Source of the DNA: Podarcis bocagei
Lineage: Eukaryota
Length of the DNA: 64,000 bases
Reading direction: 5' to 3' (one strand)
Assembly: GCA_964188305.1 (NCBI GenBank)
Contig: OZ076893.1
Position numbers and translations under genes: made by a program. The notes beneath the pieces were generated by a model. It had not been told where the DNA came from. It did not search any database and saw nothing but the letters and a program-made list of their open reading frames with translations. The first letter of the stretch is position 1. Each line of letters starts with the position of its first letter. Below are positions 40,695 to 50,240 of the stretch, one piece after another.

Positions 40695-42032
40695 CATGGA
40701 AAATGGAATCAACTTTGGTTCACACAACCACTGTATTCAGTATAATTCTCCATTAGAGAAACGCCTTGAAATTTGTTCATACATGGTTCCTCACACTGGT
40801 GCAAATGGCACATATTCACAACTCAGGGAGTAAGTCACACTGGAGACACTATGGAGCCGTAGGGACTTATTGGTACCTATAGTGGACCCGCCAATTTGTG
40901 GACTACCAATTTGTGACGGGCTTTCCCCAGTTCTTAATTAAGAAAGCATGTTTCATCATATGTATACATGGCCTATCTGTTCTTTCCTACTTTTGATTAC
41001 AACATAAACTTATTAACAGTGCAATTGTAATCACAGCTACTTGAATTCAGTGGGGCTTACTCCCAGGTAAGTAGGGTTAAAATTGCTCCCTTAATTAAGA
41101 AAACTAAATTGGAGCATCCAAAACTTAAAATTTGAATCAGTGCTATCAATTGCATTTGATTTCCCCCACAATCACTGTAGTTCTCTTTTGAAAACCACTG
41201 TTTGATATTCAAGAGGCATTCCATGAGCACCTTGCTCTATCCAATTATATAAAAGGAGTCCGAGTCTTTCTGTTTTTCCTCCTATGCAATCACTTTCATT
41301 GTCTTTAGCTTGCTAGTGAATTGGGCCATTTTGTTTTGGTGTATGAATGGCATTTTCATTATATTGAAGTGTTGTGTTCTGCAGAGCTCACTAGCAAAAT
41401 GGAAGTCTTTAAATTCAGTTGTCTAATAATTGCATAATCTGTGTACTATCTTACAGAAATTCATCCTGCATATTATAATGACAGTGATGGTGTTCCATTA
41501 ATCTGCCCAGCAGTACTTTAATCTGATCCTCTAATTTAGACGTTTAGCAGAAGTGCCAGGAAACAAATGTTTCCTATATCTTGATCAATATTGATAGATA
41601 AAAACTGAGTAGTATTCTAGGCATCGTTTTACCTTTTTCTTCCTCTAAGCTTGACAGTGAAAATGTCAGACAGATGCATCCTGAAAGATAACATCTTTCT
41701 CCAAAAGGGGAAAGTTGGTCTCACTGTAAAATAATGCAAACCGAAAAGAAAATGCTATTTATTCTCAAACTGGGCCTTTCTGAGAATGATGACTATTTTA
41801 TCCAACTGAAGTTTTGAGATTTTATCCAACTGAAGTGAATAAGAGACGCACAACATTGAATTGGAGCTGCATGGCCCTGAAATGATTATATTTATGCAAG
41901 AGAAGTCCATAATGGATATTGTTCTTTTGTGTACTCCATAGCTGGAGTGCAAAAGCAGCATCAGCATCTTCTAAGTGCCTGTGAGTGGGAAAATACAGTA
42001 AGCCCACAATGGAAAGTCCTGGGTCCAGGAGG

Positions 42033-42569
42033 TGTTAGAATTTAATCAGCACTTGGGGAGCTAAACTGGATGCCAGATTCCTAATCCTTGGACCCAGCTT
42101 TCTGTGTTCAGGAGATCACCTGGGAGCTGGGCCATTAAAAGAACAAAAGAAAGATAATGGACCCTTAAGAAAGCCAAAGCCAGGGGGCTTTGTGCCAGAT
42201 GACAATTGGTTGGGGCCGCTCCTCCTGCTCTGAGATAGCCAGCGTTTAGAGTTGATGGTAGGCTGTGATGTGACCTAGAAGGAAACAGGTTGCAAGCTGG
42301 TAAAGGAGGCAAGCAGAAAAGTCAGAGAGGTGGAGCACAATGTCGGGTGTCTGTTTGAATCCAAGGTTGCAGCTGACTCTTTGGGGATATTGATGCAGTG
42401 AACCTGTCCATCTTAGGCTCAGGTTGTATATGTGTGTAAATAGGCCATATATCCTAAAGACAGCCCAGTCTCTGCTGTGCCTCATTTTCAAAATAAAACA
42501 TGAACCCTGGCTGAGTGTCTGGAACCCCTGGAATCTCACACCGCTATGAGAGTGGGGTGGCGTGTAACA
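42033..42569 (+). mobile_element. Probable solo LTR
   Basis: TGTTA...TAACA termini, about 540 bp, GC-elevated, with AATAAA near the 3' end. No clean TSD found. Confidence 0.5.
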
Positions 42570-42616
42570 ATATAGTGACTTATGTACATATGTATGATAT
42601 ATCTGAAAATTAAATA

Positions 42617-42967
42617 CAGTGGTGCCCCGCAAGACGAATGCCTCGCAAGACGGAAAACCCGCTAGACGAAAGGGTTTTCTGTTTTTGAGCTGCTTCGCAA
42701 GACGATTTTCCCTATGGGCTTGCTTTGCAAGACGAAAACGTCTTGCAAGTGTTCCGATTTCTTTTTCGCTTCCCCCCCCCCTTTTTCTAAGCCGCTAAGC
42801 GCCTTTTAGCCGCTAATCCGCTAAGCCTTTAATAGCCGCTAAGCCTTTAATAGCTGCTAATCCGCTAATAGCGCTAATCCGCTAATCGGGTTGCTTCGCA
42901 AGACGAAAAAACCGCTAGATGAAGAGACTCGCGGAACGGATTAATTTCGTCTTGTGAGGCACCACTG
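42617..42967 (+). mobile_element. Tigger/pogo-like MITE, copy 2, with internal (GCCGCTAA)-type minisatellite
   Basis: TA|CAGTGGTGCCCCGCAAGACGAA ... TTCGTCTTGTGAGGCACCACTG|TA. The ends are homologous to 26679-27093. Confidence 0.9.
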
Positions 42968-44671
42968 TACACTTAGGTTTGAAGATTATTTTAGTTGTGA
43001 ATTATTATGTTGAGGTTTATATTAATTATGCTTATATTTCTAGAAGTGGTAATGGAATATGCATTTGGTATATTTTCCTTTATTATACTAAAGTAATTTT
43101 CAAAACGTGTACTGTGATGCTTAGTGGTAATTATGGACATTGAAGTTGGCAAATTATAAGTAATTAGAGCAGGTTTCCATAGTAATTCCTGTGTTCTGAG
43201 TCCTTTGATTATTTGGCCATATTTTTGGAAAAGACAATCAAAAGAGGCAATCTTTGGGACGCATAAAGAATGAAATTATATATATTTACACTTGTTTAAT
43301 CTTAAATCAAAATACAGTTTTCTATAACTTCCAGCATTATAGCTTAGTTTATTATGCTATTGTAGAAAAAAGAAGCGACAGAAAGGGAGTGGAAATCAGT
43401 AAAACATTACAGAATTTAAAATAAAGCAGATAGTCTGAGGCCTTGGTTGTCATTTTTAGGTCACTGCTGACATCTCTGAATATAATTTTCATATGAACTG
43501 CATTTCAGGGCTTGTATGTGCTTGAAGAAGCGACATTTTCACAGCAGGGAACCAAATCAAAATGAAGCAGTCAGATGCAGGTGCACAGTAATGGAAGTGG
43601 GCTATTTACCCTCAAGCAGGATTGCTGGGCTGGGAAAGCAGAAACTCTCCCAGCAGAATGGCCCTGCTATTTCTCTCTGATATATATCTCAGTGCCAAAC
43701 AGTATTCATAGGGGGCCTAAATAATTGTTCTTTCACTTGTATTTAATGAGATGCATTGCCCAATGCTGAATAACTGAGGCACTTCCTTTTGTTATGCTAA
43801 CTAGATGCTATTCAAGCCCTGCTTTCTTTGACTTCTGTTTAATCCTTCCTGCTTCTCCAGCCTCAAGCCAGGCAGGGAAACAGTTGAAAAAATGGAGGCT
43901 TGCACTGTGTACATCTGCTGCCTAGCTCAGTCCTATTTTGTTAAAGAAGTAAGAGGGGGAGAACATAGGATTTGTATATGCAGCATTACAGTCACTACAC
44001 ACATATTGTACAGCTATGCACAAAATACAAAAAATTATATGGTTATGTATTCTCTAAAACAGCATATGCAAGTATTTGCTTGTACAGTATACGCATTAAA
44101 TTAAATTAATAATAATAAAACAAAAGGCAGAGTGATGTCATCTCATTTATTGGACAGAAGCAGGCTGGGCTAATAGCTGAATCTTGCTTCAATTCTGGTG
44201 ATTGGATAGTAACATTGGTGATGGAACAGCAACCTCCATCACACCTCAGGGCAGCAGGCTGGTGTTAGTAGGCTAGCGGGATGTAGCATATATACAACAC
44301 TGTCTTTAAACATAGGGGCTGCTGCTGCCACTGCCCCACAACATCTGTTGCCTGAGGCATTTGCTTTACTATGCCCCAATGGTAAAGATACCCATGGTCT
44401 AAAGATCCATGTTTTGTGCTGTGGAGATGCACATGAAACATGCATGTGTTTATATATGATGCACTTCTGGGGATCTCTTTTGAGTTTCACACTGAAAGGT
44501 TTTGACAAGGAAAAATAAGTTATGAGTTCAAATGAGTTCCCTAGTAATAATAAGTTTATTATCTGCCTTACAGATAAACTGATGTGGTTCTTTGTAAGAG
44601 AAAGTTTCTTAATTCCTCCTTTCTTTAGAGGTATATTTATGGCTTCACCTGTTGACTTTTTTACTTTACAG

Positions 44672-44755
44672 ATTGGGGAGAAACAAAATGTTCTTGTGAC
44701 AGAAGAATCATTTGATTCCAAGTTTTATGTTGCTCATAATCGATTCTACGAGCAG
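44672..44755 (+). CDS. CDKAL1: CDKAL1 coding exon (84 bp; start of TRAM domain), [28 protein letters not shown]
   Basis: Matches human [28 protein letters not shown]. Acceptor ttttttactttacAG ends at 44671, donor GTAAAT at 44756. Phase 0/0. The preceding intron is about 36.3 kb. Confidence 0.96.
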
Positions 44756-44841
44756 GTAAATCTTTTTCTTGGACTGGTGGGGGAGGCAGCAGGAGAGAGA
44801 ATGTCTTTCTTTCCCTCATTTTAACAATCATATAAAGATTA

Positions 44842-45466
44842 CCGTATTTTTCGCTCTATAGGATGCACCGGACCATAGGAGGGGGAGAACAGGGGAAAAA
44901 AATTCTCCCCCTCTGCTCAGCACCCCTCCAGCGAAGTGGCAGGAGAAACAGAGCCCCTTCAATTTCTCCTCCCGCTTCGCTGAAGGGGTGCTGCGCAGAG
45001 AGGGAAAACTGTGCAGCGCCTCTCCAGCAAAGCAAAGCTTAGAGAGCAAGAGGGATCGGTGTGCACTGACCACTCCCGCTCTTCAGGCGGCTATCCGTAA
45101 GCCTTCTGAGCGCAGCGAGAACTCCCACTGCTCTCCAAAGGCTTGCGGATAGCTGCCTGAAGCCCCCGGAGTGCAGCGGCAGTTCGTGCTGTGCTCCGGG
45201 AGCTTCAGGCTTCTCCTTTTTAGCCGCGGGGCTGGGGCGGGAGAAGCCCGAGCTTCCCCTGACCCCAGCCCCCAGAACAGGTTGGGGAGCGGTGGTCCCT
45301 TCTCCCTCCTGGGGAAAAGCCCTCAAGAGCTGCGCGAAGCTTGTGTGCGGCTCTTGGGGGCTTTTCCTGCCCGCCTCTCCCCCTGCATTCACTCCATAGG
45401 ACGCACAGACTTTTCCCCTTAGTTTTTAAGAGGGGAAAAGTGCGTCCTATGGAGCGAAAAATATGG
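44842..45466 (+). mobile_element. Tc2/pogo-like MITE, CCGTATTTTTCG family, copy 2
   Basis: TA|CCGTATTTTTCGCTCTATAGG ... CCTATGGAGCGAAAAATATGG|TA. It starts 86 bp after a CDKAL1 exon end. Confidence 0.9.
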
Positions 45467-46034
45467 TAATTCATCAATGTAATCTATTTACTGACATTAC
45501 CTCCTTCAAAAACACTGCTATGGAGGTACCCTTGTGTATCCTCATTTATATGGCTTCTATCCCTTTAAAATTCTGTTGGACAGAAATCATCGGCACCTGG
45601 TTTTCAGTTGTATGCAAAGCTACATGCTTATAACAATATTTTGATATCTGGAACCTATGTGAGATGAAAGAAAACCTCAATGTATATCACAATAAAACAT
45701 GTAACAATTTGTTTGTCCTGAATGCTTATTTGGTTAAGAATGTAATTACAAAGCAGAACTGTTTAAAATTTCCTGATAGTAAATTAATTTGAATACATCT
45801 ATTCAAATCCTGAGGATATACATCAGAGAACCTGAAAGAAAAAGTAGATCTGATGTTGCATATGTTTTTGTTAAGGTAGGTCTACCTGTTACCAAATTTT
45901 ACAGTAACATGCATTAGTAATTGTGATTTGCAGATTTTGTATTTACTTCCCCCCTCCCCACGTCTACATGTCAAACTTGAGTACTTTAAAGTGTTCCATT
46001 TAAGCAAGTTTTTATTATTGTTGTTGTTTTAAAG

Positions 46035-46199
46035 GTACTTGTGCCAAAGAACCCTGAGTTCATGGGTAAAATGGTAGAAGTGAACATTTTTGAAGCAGGG
46101 AAGCACTTTATGAGGGGGAGCCCCGTGTCGGATGCCAGAGTGTTCACCCCGTCCATCACTAGGCCATTAGCCAAAGGAGAGGTGTCTGGTTTAACAGAG
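46035..46199 (+). CDS. CDKAL1: CDKAL1 coding exon (165 bp; TRAM domain), [55 protein letters not shown]
   Basis: Matches human [55 protein letters not shown]. Acceptor tgttttaaAG ends at 46034, donor GTGAGT at 46200. Phase 0/0. Confidence 0.96.
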
Positions 46200-46539
46200 G
46201 TGAGTAAAATACATGTCAGCCTTTGCTACTCTAGCAAAAAAAAAAAAAAGTGAATGTGAAGGCTTTTTAGATGTGAATGAAGCTCTAACCTTTTAAAACA
46301 AATTACAACCTGAATTTAAAGTGAATTGTTCTGGGTAATGTGGAATTTGTCCATTGTAGAAGCATCTCTAATTTAGCTTTTTTATTTCTATGATATAAAA
46401 TGGGGAAAATAGTTAGGAGGACAACTTTTAACAGTCCTTGGGAGAAGATTATAAAGGATTATCTTGCTATGATCCAGTTGAATCATCAGACAAGAATGCT
46501 GCCAGTCTGAGGTGGTTCCATGAGAAATTTCTGCAACTA

Positions 46540-46788
46540 CCATATTGGCGTGAATATAAGCCTCACTTTTTCTCCAAAATGCAGCTTAAATTTGCAACCT
46601 TACAAAAATTGGTTTTTACGATATCGCTGCTGAAACAGACATATGGTAAAATGGAACAGGTGTGAGTGTCTGCAGAATTTTAAGGGAGCGGCTTATATTC
46701 AGGTGTTGTCTTTTTTTTCTTCCCCCCCCCCCTGAATTTTCAAGGTGTGGCTTATATTCGGGTGTGACTTATATTCGGGCCAATACGG
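46540..46788. mobile_element. Tc1/mariner-type MITE (CCGTATTGGCCCGAATATAAG family)
   Basis: TA|CCATATTGGCGTGAATATAAG ... CTTATATTCGGGCCAATACGG|TA, with repeated subterminal gcttatattcgg. Confidence 0.85.
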
Positions 46789-47626
46789 TATATGTAAAAA
46801 TAGTAGGTGCTGCTTATGGTTTTTGCATGTTATATTTTGTTCACAATCCACGTTCCTGTAATATGCCTGAAATACTATTGCACTCAAAATAGCTGCATTG
46901 CTGGAATTAATTTTTCTTGGATTTGCTTTGCATTTAACTGTAACACACTCCATGTAGTTATTACGATGAACCAGTTCTGCCTGAATTCTTCATCAAATAA
47001 TATTATCTTTTATAGTTTTATTCTTAAATTATCCCTTAAGTTTTGGCTTTCATTGTCATGGTTTACCACAGACAACAAATAGTAAATAAACTTCCAGTGA
47101 AACTTGGTGGTTTTAATGGTGTTACACCTTCTATGGGGAGCACTAAAGCATATAGTCTGTGTCAAACACAGAGGGGATTTGGGCCAGTGATCTGTAATTC
47201 TTGTGCCTTGATTTTAATACTTTCATGATCTTGGGAGTAGTGTTAGGCAATGTTAGGTTTTCAACATTGTGATGTATCAAACATCACAATCTGGCGATAC
47301 ATCACAATATTGAAACAAGCCGCATTGGCCTTAGCCCTCTCACTGTGGGAGCTGAGGCGCTTGCACCTTGCGGGCTGGGACCTATGCAGCTAGCTGCTGG
47401 CCAGCTGCTTGGCTGGGGGGCAGGAATCCCTCCCCCCAGCTGAGGGAGCCCAATCTCTCCACTGAAGGGCAGACAGCCGCATGCCCTGAACAGAAAAGTT
47501 TAAAGGAGCCCCCAGCCCAACTCCGGCTCATGCAAGCTGGAGGAAAGGTGGGGGCTCTATTGCACTTCTTGGTTGATGAGCAGGCAGCCAAGGGAGGAAC
47601 AAGCTACCTTGGTCCCTGCCAGTGTA

Positions 47627-48807
47627 CCGTATTTTTCACTCCATAAGATGCACTTTTTTCCTCCTAAAAAGCAAGGGGAAATGTCTGTGTCTCTTATGGA
47701 GTGAATGCACTGGGCGGCAGAGGGATCCCTTGGCTACCGCTGCAGTCGCGTGCTGAGGGATGCCTCTGCAGCTGGAGCCATGGCTCCCGTCCGTCGCTCG
47801 CTGGGAAGCCAGCAGAGCAAGAGCCTCTGTGCAGCTATTGCTCTTGCTCTGCTGGCTTCAGCAATAGCACGCAGCTTGCTCTGCTGGCTTCCCAGCGAAG
47901 CGGGATGAGGGACGGAAGGGGCTCTGTGTAAGGGCTCCCTTCCTCCCTCATCCTGCTTTGCTGGGAAGCCAGCAGAACAAGAGCCGCTGCGCAGCTATCG
48001 CTCTTGCTCTGCTGGCTTCACAGCGAACCAGGAGGAGGGACGGACGGGAGCAAGCAAAGCGAGAGCTGCTTACATGGCTTCTGTCCTGCTTTGTGCAGCT
48101 CTCACTTTGCTTGCCCATCCCACCTCGCTGTAAAGCAAGCAAAGCACCTGTCCCAGTGTCTCCCCCTCCTCTTTTACAGAGAGGTGGGATGGGCAAGCAA
48201 AATGAGAGCTGCGCAAAGCGGGACAGAAGTCATGTAAGCGGCTCTTGCTTTGCTTGCTTTAAAGCAAGAAAAGCGAGAGCAGCTTACATGCACTGCAGAA
48301 TACCGTATTTTTCGCCCTATAGGACGCACTTTTTTCCCTCCAAAAATGAAGGGGAAATGTGTGTGCGTCCTATGGGGCGAATGCAGGCTTTCACTGAAGC
48401 CTGGAGAGCGAGAGGGGTCGGTGCGCACCGACCCCTCTGCTCTCCAGGCTTCGCGGACCTCTCCGCAAGCAGCAAGAGCACTCCCGCTACTTGCGGAGAG
48501 TTGCCTGCATGCTGAAGCCTGCGCGCGCCGAGCTCCGCGGACCTCTCAGCAAGCAGCGGGAGCCACTGGGCTCCCACGGCTTGCAGAGAGCTGCCTGTTT
48601 GGGGGCTGGGGTCGGGGGAAGCTCGGGCTTCCCCCGCCCCAGCCCCGCGCCTGGGGGGGAAATAATTTTTTCCCCTTTATTTCCCCCCAAAAAACACTCG
48701 GTGCGCCTTATGGGACGGTGCGTCCTATAGGGCAAAAAATACGGGGGGTTTTTTTCTTGCTTTCCCTCTCTAAAAACTAGGTGTGTCTTGTGGAGCAAAA
48801 AATACGG
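47627..48807 (-). mobile_element. Tc2/pogo-like MITE, CCGTATTTTT family, copy 3 (nested in the hAT element)
   Basis: TA|CCGTATTTTTCACTCCATAAGA ... TCTTGTGGAGCAAAAAATACGG|TA, with internal duplicated hairpin units. Confidence 0.88.
48303..48744 (-). mobile_element. Tc2/pogo-like MITE, CCGTATTTTTCG family, copy 4 (nested in copy 3)
   Basis: TA|CCGTATTTTTCGCCCTATAGG ... CCTATAGGGCAAAAAATACGG. It is a reverse-oriented relative of 18768-19170. The right TA is replaced by a G run. Confidence 0.88.
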
Positions 48808-49144
48808 TAGCTTGTTCCTCCCTCAGCGGTTTGGGGCCAGAGGTGGTGGCCTCTTCACCCGGCAGTATATTGCGGGTGAAACTGCTGCTGCTCCTGAGTC
48901 CCTCTGCCGCCAGTGCCCGACTACAGCTTGTTTCTCCCTCGCGCTTTGGGCGCTGGTGGCAGAGGCACTCAGCAGAGGCAGTTTCACCTGCAGTATAACG
49001 CCAGGTGAAGCAGCCATCACAGTCTGGCCCTCATACCAATCCTGGACTATGTATCGATACTTTGCCCAGGCCTACTTGGGAGAGAGTTTCACGATTGAGA
49101 TGATGCCACTAAGAAGGCCATGTTACTGTTAGTCACACGTACCT

Positions 49145-50240
49145 TTAAAGTAGAACAAGGATCAAGGGCTCTGGTGATGACCATAACTGACAGGCAGGTT
49201 CTTGCAGGAGAAGACAGTCTTTCAGATATTCTGGCCCAAAGCCATTTAGGGCTTTACAGGGTAGCACCCAGCACCTTGAATTGGGCCTGAAAACAGATAC
49301 AAGAAGATGAGTGTAATATCCAGAAAGTAGAAACCTGAAAGCATTCTGGCTGCCACGTTTTGCATGAACCACAGTTACTGGCAGTTTTGTGTAGGTATGT
49401 TTCAGTAAAATGCTCTGTTAAGTAAGGCATGTGTATGTAACTGGCCAGCTCTGGCTTCTCCAGGAAAGTAAGCAGTTCATGCATCTGTCTAAATTGAGCA
49501 AACACACATTTTAGCTACAGTTGCCAGCAAGATCTGCACTGTCAGATCTAATAGTAGCTCCCAAGTTGCAATCTGGATCCAGAACCGGTTGTACATCCTC
49601 TCCTGGACCAGTTTGTCTACTGAAAGTCAGCATCTCTGCCTTCTATAGATGAAGCCTCAGGTTTTAGCCCGTATCCATCATTGTCCCCACCCCAGTATAT
49701 CTACAGCCTTCTTGGCACCAATTGAAATGGAGAGATAGAGTTGGCTGTCAGCATGACCTCTCCCATCAGCTTCATGTAATCTGGGGGAAACCAATACCAC
49801 CCCCCAAGAGTGCCTCACCTAGCTCGGGCAAGGAGACAAATGGTGGGTGGCATCTAAACACATCAAATAAATACATAATTATGCAAAACACTTTGATGGA
49901 AAACAATATATTAAACATAATTAATAAATAAACAAACAAATAAATAAAATCATTAGAATCCCAATCCTGTCTGTTACCCAAGGTTCACACACTCTAAACC
50001 AGGAGGTCACTTGAAAGTGTATCTTGATAGGCGGATGGACTTCCAATAGCTCCGTACAACTCTGCCTCCCTACCCCTGGTTCCTACCTCCTGCTGCATGT
50101 GTAACCTGGTGGGTATAATTGTGTCAATTTGACCTCTCCTTCCTTCCCTAATTAGGTTTCTGCTACACAGGCTAGATCAGCATCCTCATCCAGGAGCAAG
50201 TCCAAAGTCTAGCACAAATTGGGAAGCTTCTTTTCATTCT
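49145..50240 (-). mobile_element. Fragmented L2 LINE ORF2 (RT and C-terminal region, internally deleted)
   Basis: Minus strand gives KALNGFGPEYLKDCLL. The reverse complement near 49735 reads atgctgacagccaactctat, a degenerate YADDTQLY. The 3' boundary is approximate. Confidence 0.75.

Larger units (their letters stand above)
47238..49074. mobile_element. Non-autonomous hAT-Ac-like element (about 650 bp own sequence) hosting two nested MITEs
   Basis: Perfect 8-bp TSD CTTGGGAG at 47230-47237 and 49075-49082. Imperfect TIRs TAGTGTTAGGCAATGT / ACTTTGCCCAGGCCTA. Subterminal (at)cgata-type repeats. Confidence 0.82.
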
